In this document: positions 23,457 through 33,222 of the stretch, in pieces
How positions within the stretch are numbered: position 1 is the stretch's first letter
Layout: every line of letters starts with the position of its first letter
Assembly (NCBI GenBank): GCA_008632985.1
Contig: QPGO01000371.1
Coordinates: 1 to 37,083, forward strand
Source: Psammoneis japonica
Taxonomy: Eukaryota
Direction of reading: 5' to 3'
DNA length: 37,083 nt
Translations under genes and position numbers: made by a program
The notes under the pieces: generated by a model
The model's input: the letters and a program-made list of their open reading frames with translations, nothing else
The model's database searches: none
What the model was told of the DNA's origin: nothing

Positions 23457-23790
23457 TGTCTCTGCTCATTTATGCACGAGCCCAACGATTTATTGTCGAG
23501 ATCAAGGTCAAGTTCGACAAAACTTCTTACCATACACCGGGGCCATAGCTGGCGTACGGTACAAGTTCCTGCCCGGGCTAGATTCCGTTCGTAGCCCTGT
23601 TGAAGCCACGAGAGCCGAATCTACGAGTGCTATGATAGTTGCGTCCAGGTGAGACAGTAAACATGATCCAAACACCAGGCGAACGTCACGAACGCGACTG
23701 GATTTTCGAGGTGATTACTAGTGAAGATCCGCTGATGACGAGAGCAAGATGGAAAGGAGGAGTTCCGTAAAGCCCTATTCCGCCGTGGAA
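23457..23790 (+). repeat. Isolated repeat fragment with normal TpA/CpG content, homologous to 32160-32500
   Basis: Shared blocks AGATCAAGGTCAAGTTCGACAA, AAGTTCCTGCCCGGGCTAGA, AGTTGCGTCCAGGTGA, AACATGATCCAAACAC, ACCAGGCGAACGTCACGA, GGATTTTCGAG and CCGCTGATGACG. Confidence 0.9.
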
Positions 23791-23891
23791 TGAGCTGTCT
23801 TGTCCCGGTTAAGGTCTCATTGCTCTATCAAACATTATATGCGCCGTAGATTGCAGTGGAAAAACGATATCTACAGTATGCAAATGCAAAC

Positions 23892-24725
23892 CTACTGCAG
23901 CTCGGCTAGTTTCCTTTGAAGTTCCTTCACTGCCGTCTCAGCCGCGTGCCACTGCTGATCCAGGGCACGTCGCTCCTGTTCCACCTTTTTCAACTCTGGT
24001 TCTATGTCACGCAATTCTCGAAAGTACAAATCGATCTCAGCCTTGTATCCAGCGCGTCTTTGTCGCAATTCTTCCATTTCTTGACTTTTACGAGCGCGGA
24101 CTCGACGAAGATTGTCAACTTCCCGCTTTATAGTCCCGTCGTGATCGTGCGCAGCATATCGTTGGTCGTAGTCGTCCAGCATACGTTGCGTTCGTTCCCA
24201 ATACGCCAAAAAGGCTTGCTCTTCCTGGTCGATTCGACCAATCACATCCTGAAGTTCCGGCATGCGGTGATTCTTAAAATGCTTCAACTTTTCCAAGTAC
24301 GCCTGCAAGTCCTGAGAGTAAGTTTCCTTTTGATGCAGTGCTTCTGCCAAATCGTCACGGAGCCGAATCGCCTCGCTCAATTTGGATTGGAAATGAGTTC
24401 TGGCTCGTCGTTGTTGATTCCGTTTCAGTTCCTGTTCCCAAGCTTCCCTTGCCTTTTGGTTCTTGTCCATAGCATTCTGGAACCGCTGTTGGAAGGCTTC
24501 CAAATCTGCGTTGGCCATGCGTTCTAGTTCGTTCTGGACCAACTCGAACGATACTGTTGGATTCTTGATGGCCGCCATTTTTGTGACGAGTTCCACAAAC
24601 TGTTCATAGTAACTGGGCACCTGATATCCATACTCCTCGGCAACACGTAAATACGGATCAAGGGTATCCGTGAAGTCTTTGAGCTGTTCAAAGATGTCCA
24701 ATGTTTCCAATACAACGGATGGCAT
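23892..24725 (-). CDS. 277-aa coiled-coil protein of unknown function
   Basis: Intronless ORF rich in E/Q/R/K/L with heptad-like periodicity over most of its length. Confidence 0.75.
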   Translation of the reverse strand: MPSVVLETLDIFEQLKDFTDTLDPYLRVAEEYGYQVPSYYEQFVELVTKMAAIKNPTVSFELVQNELERMANADLEAFQQRFQNAMDKNQKAREAWEQELKRNQQRRARTHFQSKLSEAIRLRDDLAEALHQKETYSQDLQAYLEKLKHFKNHRMPELQDVIGRIDQEEQAFLAYWERTQRMLDDYDQRYAAHDHDGTIKREVDNLRRVRARKSQEMEELRQRRAGYKAEIDLYFRELRDIEPELKKVEQERRALDQQWHAAETAVKELQRKLAELQ

Positions 24726-24763
24726 GATGGTTTTGGTTTGGCGTTTTGTGTTTTTGTGGCATT

Positions 24764-25020
24764 ACCTGGTATCGTCTTTTCGCATTTTGGTCGGGGTTCA
24801 GTGCGAGTCGAGGGAAATTCTCCTCTGCAAGACTCACTCGGGGCGGATATAAGGCATTACACCTGGTATCGTCTTTTCGCATTTTGGTCGGGGTTCAGTG
24901 CGAGTCGAGGGAAACATTACACCTGATATCGTCTTTTCGCATTTTGGTCGGGGTTCAGTGCAAGTGTGATAGAGTCGAGGGAAATATTCTTCTGCACGAG
25001 TCAATCGGGGTGGATACAGC
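24764..25020. repeat. Three tandem copies of a ~54-bp unit in the divergent promoter
   Basis: ACCTGGTATCGTCTTTTCGCATTTTGGTCGGGGTTCAGTGCGAGTCGAGGGAAA at 24764, 24861 and 24921 (third copy has a small insertion). The ~40-bp segments after copies 1 and 3 are also related to each other. Confidence 0.9.
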
Positions 25021-25136
25021 ATCAGTCGTGCTTCTTCGGCACGAGTCGGGGCACTCCATAAAAATGGAATTGTGCAAAGAATCTCATCAAAACAACAAGA
25101 TATTCCTGTGAAACTATAAGGGAAGACGATTCGATC

Positions 25137-26998
25137 ATGAATGCAATGCCAGAAAACACAGACGACGATCATGAAGAAGGAGGGGATCCGAACCCCCATA
25201 CAATGACAAAATCCGAACGAGTCGGTTGTACGGTTGGAGGTGTTGCCACGGCAGCCGCAGGCGCAGCGGCGATTTATGTCACCGCGCCGATTGTCCTACC
25301 AGCGTTTGGAGCGTTGGCAGCCGGTAGTGCCACCGCTTCTGCTGTCGCCACAGCTGGTGGGTACGTGGCTGGAGCTGCCGGGGTCGGAGCGGGGGCTACT
25401 TCGGCTATTTTTCCTTGGGTTGCATCCCGTGAGAATCAAACCTGGAGCAATGTAGGTCAAGCTGCTGGTGTCGGCGCCACGGTAGGAGTGGTAGTATCTG
25501 CGTTGCCGTTGGCTGTCATGGCAGCGGCAGGAGCAGGGGCCGAGAACAATTCTTCTTCTCAGGGTGGCTCGCAGTCATCATCGGGTAATGATTCCTCTTC
25601 GACGTCTAATCAAAATCAGTCCAACGAGGAAGTTGACGAGCTGAAGGGGTCAACAGGGCAAAATTCTGCTGACAGCAAGGAGAAGAAAAAGAAGGATGAA
25701 GCGGCGAAGAATCCGGCTACTTGCGCCGCTGGGAATAAAGAACGGAAAACTCCTGCAAATCATGTGGGCGTAGATGGAACGAACTTGAACATGACCCGAA
25801 ACTATTCCAAAGGTCCACCTCCTGCAGCGCCGAAATCACAATCTGCAGACCCCTCAAATGTCAAGCCGCGAGGACCACAATATCACTGCCGGGATGAATC
25901 CCAAGAGCAGAAGGCAAAGAGGCCTCACGGTCACGGACAAAACCCTCGAGCTGCACCTGAGCAGCCAGCAAGCGCACCCGGTGGAACTCAAACCCCAGGA
26001 AATCATCATCATCAGCAACAACAACAACAAGAAGAAACCTCAAAAACTTGGGGCGCCAGCGCCGGAACTCTAAGCACCGTCGGTACAACACCGCAAAACA
26101 GAACAGATGGATATCCAAACGGAAAACGCAACAACACCAAGAATCCGACCGCCAGTGCCAGCACACCAAGTACTACCGGTGGTACGTCACGAAAAGGAGG
26201 AACAAATGGAAACGACAAGAATCCCAAGAATCACTTTTTCAAACGGGGACCACAGGAACCAAATCATCGCTTTTCCCGTACCGATAACGACAACAAGAAT
26301 ATGTCGACATGGGATGATACGATGCAGATGGTTGACGATGTCGAAGATGTCGTTGGTGAAGGTTTCGTCAAAGTCGATGTCAATGGTGAGGTGTACATCG
26401 ACCCACAACGTCTTGGTGAGATGACCCCGGAGGAGAAAAGTATCTTGGATGACATCAGAGCCAGAACAAACCGGCGCCGCACGATCCGTTCGAAAGGCAG
26501 ATGGATGATCCAGCAGGATATGACCGCGGACATTTCACTGCTGACGATGAGGATGGTTCTGAAGTAACACCAAGCTTCAACAGAGAAGACGACCACAAGA
26601 ATGGGTCGATTTCCATGAATATTGTAAGAGATATCGAGAATAAAAAGCGGATGCACAATCCTTTCCAACTAACAAATGGCCTATTCGGCCATCAACATTA
26701 CACCAACGACGATGCGGATTCGGAACCACCGACAAGTTTCGGTCGACAAGACGAAAATTCATTGCCTGGCTTCATGAGCCCAGATGATTTTCATGCCTAT
26801 GTTGATGGAATGAACAGTGATCAGCTGGACTTCATCAGACGCCAAATCCATGAATCGATGGGCAGATTGTGGACCCAACTGCAACAAGAGATTCGAGAAG
26901 GTGCCACGGCTAGTGAGATCAACTTACCCTCCCCATTGGACCCGTCCTTCTTTGAATTTCGCCCGCGACCGACGTACTCGGCAACCTATTCTCGCTAA
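25137..26998 (+). CDS. Gly/Ala-zipper membrane region + disordered linker + putative DRGH (His-Me, EndA/NucA-like) nuclease domain; frameshift at ~26470
   Basis: ORF 25137-26567 overlaps ORF 26501-26998. One extra A in the run at 26468-26470 fuses them (IRARTKPAPHDPFERQMDDPAGYDRGHFTAD). The motif spacing GYDRGH..A....GS...N....M...IEN..R...Y......P.SF resembles non-specific endonucleases. Confidence 0.55.
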
Positions 26999-27614
26999 CA
27001 TAACATTAACGATGATTGAAAACTCCACGTCACTAACTCGAGCGCTAATTATTCCAATGCCCTGCTGGAACTAACAAAGACACACACTTGAACACCAGAT
27101 GGTTACTTTGATTTTCACGTGGCTATGACCTCGACATTCATTGGCACAAATTGTGATCACTTCAACCCATTCCCTGCCCCTCTTGGCAAGAGCCCCCATT
27201 CTTTCACTTGGAGGGGCCAGACTTGACTGGATCTGATTTAATTGGAGTTCCATGGATGAAAAGCAGCATGGTGTGAGTGTTCATGAGTTTTGAGCCACCT
27301 GAAGCCACAACGCACACACCACAGTGATCGCACCAATGCAACTTGCTTGGCAGCATTGTCATCATGGTCACCAGATTCCTGGGCATCCAAATGGGAGAAA
27401 AATTGGTGCACTGGATGCTTGATCAAGGAGCATCTCCGTCAATTGTCCCACCTGGACAGGGCCTTGGCACAGAGGTGCTTTGTGGCTGACAATCAAGCTG
27501 TTGCTTCTCTGTGATGTCACATGTGGTCAAAATCCAACTGGCACAATCCGAGTCTGATGTCAAACCCTCAGGTGCACCTGTCTTGTCCTTTTGCTCCCAT
27601 GCACAATGATGCAG

Positions 27615-28023
27615 ATGAGAGCAGTGGTTGGTGTCATTGTGCGTGATTGTGGTGGTGGGTTCTTTTGGTTTTGGTTGTGCTGTCACCCACCTTTTCAGTT
27701 CCTTTTCTGTGCAAAGAGCTGCAAGAAGCCTGCTCTCAGTTGCCACAATTGTCAAACCCTTGCTGCAATTTTGTTCACCAGACACAAGCACTTGTTGCAA
27801 GTGCAGCATTTCAAAAAAGTGTGACCAACTTGGTTGGTGGATTGTCCACTGTGCTTTCTGGAAGCAATGTTGTCAAGTTCTTGCACAGCTCAATGTGGTG
27901 TGTTGCAGATGAGTCACATTGTTCCTTTGCTCCCACACAGGCCCTGAGGAATGTTGAGCAGATGTGGTGTGATCCAGCATTGCACCTGCTTCAAGCCAGG
28001 AGATGATTGTGATCTGCACTTGC
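27615..28023 (+). repeat. Degenerate repeat copy A (homologous to 31305-31889)
   Basis: Shared blocks TTTGGTTGTGCTGTCACCCACCTTTTCAG, CTGCTCTCAGTTGCCACAATTGT, TCAAGTTCTTGCACAGCTCAATGTGG and CCCTGAGGAATGTTGAGCAG. It lacks 187 bp present in copy B. Confidence 0.85.
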
Positions 28024-28140
28024 CTGTCCATGTGCATGCACTGTTGTTCTTCTCTGCCCACTGCTGGGTTTTTACTCTTGTGAGCTTGTTCTGCTTGCTC
28101 ATTGCCTCTGCTGGGCATGTGGCGACACATGCTGCACTTC

Positions 28141-28660
28141 CTTTGTCCAGCCATTGCCTGTTTCTGATTCCTGCCAGCCAGCTGGCTGCTTTGTCCATTG
28201 CATCCCAGTTGACATTGCAGAAGCTTTCACTTGAAATTGTTTCTGGCAGACCCAGTGCTGGCAGATGAGTTTGGTGCCACGAAGCTTTGTCAATGTGTCC
28301 CTGCTAAAACCAGCAACATTTTGTCCTCTGTCCTGTGCTGTGGAGCTGCAGGGAGGGGGTGGTCTGTGCTTTTGCCACAGATTGCATGTGGTGATGTGTG
28401 CCACACTCTCTTTGTCCAGCCGTTGCCTGTTTCTGATTCCCGCCAGCCAGCTGGCTGGCTGCTTGTCCATTGCATTCCAGCTGATGTTGCAGAAGCTTTC
28501 ACTTGAAATTGTTTCTGGCAGACCCAGCACTGGCAGATGAGTTTGGTGCCATGAAGCTTTGTCAATGTGTCCCTGCCAAAACCAGCAACATTTTGTCCTC
28601 TGTCCTGTGCTGTGGAGCTTTGGGGAGGGGGGTGGTCTGTGCTTTTGCCCCACAGATTGT
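28141..28660. repeat. Tandem duplication, period ~270 bp (28141-28385 / 28410-28660)
   Basis: Near-identical units containing TTGCAGAAGCTTTCACTTGAAATTGTTTCTGGCAGACCCAG and AAAACCAGCAACATTTTGTCCTCTGTCCTGTGCTGTGGAGCT. Confidence 0.9.
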
Positions 28661-31304
28661 CCATTTGTGTCATGTTGAGCAGCATCAAAATCAATTGAGC
28701 AGGGCTCCATGTGAGTTTGTTCTTGGCGGTGCTCTCAAAGTGTTTTGGCAGTGCTCTCAAAGTTTCAAAGTTGTTGGAGTAATTGTGGCTGTTGTGTCTG
28801 AGGGCTGGGCAACTTTGTTGTTGTTTTGCTTCACCAAATGTCTTCCACCAAGCATGTGGTCACTCACAGTCCTGAAATCTCTGCTCTGCATGATTGATGC
28901 TGCATCTCCTGGGTGGCAGGTCACATTGTTCTCTCTTTAAAAGAGCGCCCTTGTCACAAATGCTGGGATTTTCCCAGCACTTCTTGTTTTGCTCAACCAG
29001 TGCCACTGGCCATGCCCTTTGTGTGAAGATCCTCAATGCACCACTTGTGGCTGGGCAGATGCTGCTGTGTTCATTGCATCAGGGGTGCAAGAGGTGGCTC
29101 TGCCTGCAGCTTCTTTCTCACCAGCATCAGCCCTGGGTGCTGGAGCACACCCTTCCTTGTGACAGGCCCAGGTCCATTGCACATGCTGTGTGATGGCCTG
29201 CTCCAAATCAAATGTGCCTGCAAATTGCTGGTCTGAATGATGACCATGCACTTTTGTTGTGGGTGCCATTGGTGCAATCAATTTTTGAAGAGAGATGAGC
29301 AGAATCAGGGCAACTTCCTCTTGCTGGTCTTCTTGACTGTCCATGGGTCAAGAAGCTCAGGGCCCTTGTCTCCAGATCCTCCAATCTGATGTTGAGAGTT
29401 TGCTCTGTGCTGTTGAGTGGTGGAAGGACAAGAGGTGTCACACATGTGTCTCCCTTGCCATTCCATGCAACTGCTGGTGCAAGCATTTTCTATCACCCAT
29501 CATGACATCAGCTGGCATGCTCACTCAGAGACATTTGTTGCACAGGCCAAGAGTTTGGCACCCGCTCCAAAAAAAAAAATCCTCTCTGCAATTTTTTCAG
29601 AATTCAGAAGGAGTGCACCATTGTCCAGGCAATGACTTTTGTGGGTTTGTGGCTTGCCCTCTCTTTGACATGGGTGCTGTTCTCCAACATGAACCACCGC
29701 CAATGTTTGGCCCATGAATGGGTTGCAAGTGCTCCAAAGATGTTGTGTGGGTTTGTCCAAGAATGTCCCTCCACTTTGGTTTCTGGTTTGTGTTTCTTCA
29801 ACAGTTCCCAGAAGAACTTCTCCTGTGGTTGTTTGCTGTTTTTGTTTGACCAAGGCTTTGACATGTTTCCTGGACAGGACAAACTCGCTCCACAGACCAA
29901 ATCCCTGAAATCCCTTTTGCTCCCAAGCACAGATCTCAGAAATGCCCTGCTGCATGGCCCTGCCATGATCAAGCCTTGCCTGACAACCAGTGCCTTGATG
30001 TGCCTGCCCCAGCTACTTGGAGATGAGACTCTGGGGCAAGAAAAGGGCAGCCCATTGCCCCCTGCATGCACTGAGTCTGGGAGAGCCAGGCACCCAATGG
30101 GTGTGAGCAATTGCAACATTTTGCTTCTGAGTTGTCATTGTGCGTAATTGGGAAGATTGTTTTTTGGACAATGCAGGTGCCTGGAATTTGCTGCAAACCA
30201 ATGAACAGATGAAATGCCGCCAGTGCAATGACAATTTTGCTGCCAGAAACAAAACTTTCACGCACATCCAGCACAAAAAAAAAAATCCAATTTTAGGTGC
30301 TGTTGCACCTTTGCCCAGCAACACCAGTGCCGGCTGACCCACAACTCCAGTGCACCCTGCAAGGGGTGCAGCAGAAGATCGTGCGATCAGTTGGTCAACG
30401 TGCCGCTTTGCAGCAATGCACACCAGAGACAAAAGGTCAAGGGGAAATTGCACCAGAAGGAGATCATTGCTTTCTTTTGGAGAGGATTTAATGCACCCAA
30501 ACTGCCACAGCAAAGGACAATCATGTCAAGCAGAGAATTCAAAGCCAGCGCAAACTCTGAGAGAAAATCTTTGCCTCTGAGGGAGAATCTTGTCTTCAAC
30601 AAAGACTGACTGAATTTCACAATTGTGCAGACCAGAACAACAGCATGCAGTTCACTGCTCAGAACTGTGATCTTGGCAGGCCAGCAAGCAGAAAAAGGGA
30701 TGTTCGGGACTTGCAAGGATGAAATGGGAAGTCTTGGCAATGTGATGAGAAGGTCGCCAGAAGAAATGTCATTCTCACTTAGAATCGACACTGAATCTTG
30801 CGCACAAAAGCCAATCCATGCAGCAAATGGACGGTCGTCAGGTGATGCCAATGGTTTGTCCATGCAAACACCCGCAGGTGCCACAACAGGGACAGTGCTT
30901 TCACCACATGAGGTGAAGAACTTGAGCAGCCAGTGGAAGCAAAAGAAATTGTTGGGGGCTTTTGGGCATGGAAGAAGGAAGTTGATCGCATCGGAGACGC
31001 AATGACAGCCGGTGCACATTTCTGAAGTGCGCAGAATTTGCACTGGATTCTGTGTAGAAATTGCACTGAATCTGCAAAAAAAAATGCCAAATAAAACAAC
31101 AAGCACGCGAACCACAAGGTGTCGACACCAGTCATTTTCCACTAAAAATTGTTGCACATCATGGAGATGAAAGGGTGCGCCAATGGCGGAAGATTCCAAA
31201 AGGTTGAAAAGGGCGACATCAGCACAAGAGCACACGCAGAAACACATGCAGGGGCTGCCAGTGGGTGCTTGCACAGAAAAGCATGCACATCCAGCACAAA
31301 GATG

Positions 31305-32500
31305 TGGTGAGGGCAGTGGTTGTCATGGTGTGCAGTGGCGGTGGGTTCTTCTAGCTTTGGTTGTGCTGTCACCCACCTTTTCAGCAGAACCTCCATTTCT
31401 GCACAAAGAGCTGCTCTCAGTTGCCACAATTGTGATTCCCTCACTGCAACTTTGTTCACCGGACACAAGCACTTGCAAGTGTGGCATTTCAAAAAAGTGT
31501 GAGGACCAACTTGGTTGGTGGATCCTCCACTCTGCCCTCTGGAGCTAATGTGATCAAGTTCTTGCACAGCTCAATGTGGCGGTGCACTGCAAATGAGCCA
31601 CATTGTTCCTTTGCCACCACAGACCCTGAGGAATGTTGAGCAGCTGCACAGTCCAGCATTGCACCTGGTTCAAGCCAGTCTTCCAAGAGGAAAGCCACTG
31701 AAAGTCCTCATCTTGAACATTTGACCATTCCCTTGCAATGCAGCCTTCAAGAGCAGGAGCTGATCCCATTGATGACATGTTGAGAAAGAACAGCTCCCTT
31801 TGCAGCAGCGGGTTGGTGATGGATTGGCTCTGCAGCTCAGTGCCACAATGGGTCCTCCAGGCCAGGAGATGGTTGTGATCTGCACTTGCTGCTGGTTGAT
31901 GTGCATGTGCTCCTGTGGTTCTTCTCCAGAGCCACCAAGTGACTGTCCTTTGACCTTTGAAGCACACACACTTGCTCTCTGGAGATTTCACAAGGAACCC
32001 CCAAACAGCTGGCTCTTTTGGAAACTTTTGAGACCTTGAAGCCAGTCTTCTGATTGGCACCCCAATGCAGAAAAGCCAAAGACAGCGATTGAAGATCATG
32101 TCGTGCGACACCATGTGAAAGAGGCGGGCAGCATTGTGACACCAGTTCGAACAAAGAGGGTGTCTGCTCATCTGTGCATGAGCCCAATGATTTCTTGTCA
32201 AGATCAAGGTCAAGTTCGACAATGCTTCTTGCACTGGGGCCACAGCTGGCATGCGGCAGAAGTTCCTGCCCGGGCTAGAGTCGTCTGCAGCCCTGTTGGA
32301 ACCATGAGAGCCGAGTCTACGAGCGCCATCACAGTTGCGTCCAGGTGAAACAGTGAACATGATCCAAACACACCAGGCGAACGTCACGACAAACACGAGT
32401 GGATTTTCGAGTTTGTTCATCACGAGGTGACTGCAAGCAAAGGGCGACCCGCTGATGACGGGAGCAAGAAAAGGAGTTCCACAAAGCTCTGTTCCACTGG
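31305..32500 (+). repeat. Longer degenerate repeat/gene relic copy B; 5' part matches 27615-28023, 3' part matches 23457-23790
   Basis: Direct alignment by eye to both other copies. The plus strand shows broken protein-like frames (WVLLALVVLSPTFS..., LALWRFHKEPPNSWLFWKLL) that I cannot assign to a family. Confidence 0.8.
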
Positions 32501-33222
32501 GAGTTGCAGGAAAAAACAATTGTTGCACTGCTGCTTGATGGCACGGATGATGCGACACGTGGCAGCTTTTTTTGCAGCATTGTTTGTCTGCCGCATTGCC
32601 CCGCAAACAACATCATCATCTTGTCTGCCAGTTGTCATGCTGGGTGTGTCTGTCGTGGAAACGAACAGAGGGCTGTTTCGTGCTTTGATTTTTGTGCTGA
32701 GAATCTTGAAATTTGCCATGCGAGAGGAAAAGTGAGTGCTTTTGGTTGAAGAGAAATGGAGTCAACCAACCACAAGCTTCAATGGGTGTGAGACAAGAGT
32801 GTGGTTTTGAAGCTCGGCATCGGCATCTCTGTTGCATCCCCATCATCTGCGCGCGGAATCATCAGAAAAAAAAATGCATGCGCGCACCGCGCTGAGGCAC
32901 TGCCGGCATCTGTCTGCACCCCGCAAGGCTGACCACAAAAAAGCGCGGGAAGCACACATCACAATTGCGTCATCGGTGGGTGCATTTTCATCCCCGGGCA
33001 CGCTGCCGCCACCCGCCCATGCATCACGGAGATGCAGTCCGGCGCATGCTGTGGGCCCCATGACAGTGCTGCAGGGCCCTGCTGTGGGTCCACCTGTGGC
33101 AGGTGGGGAGGAGGGGTTCACTTTTGCTCGCGATTGACTCGCGAGGCGTTGCATCGACAATGAGATCAAGGAACATTCACGGCAACATCATCTTGGCGAC
33201 AACATGCTTTCTGCTGTTGATT

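Noticed and set aside
24764..25020. CRISPR-like repeat/spacer array
   Set aside because: Units are ~54 bp, the 'spacers' are unequal and homologous to each other, no cas genes are present and the context is eukaryotic. It is a tandem duplication.
27071..33169. Numerous ORFs up to 350 aa (e.g. 30387-31274, 31554-32606)
   Set aside because: Tyr-free, C/H-rich, overlapping on both strands and without domains; explained by loss of TAA/TAG.
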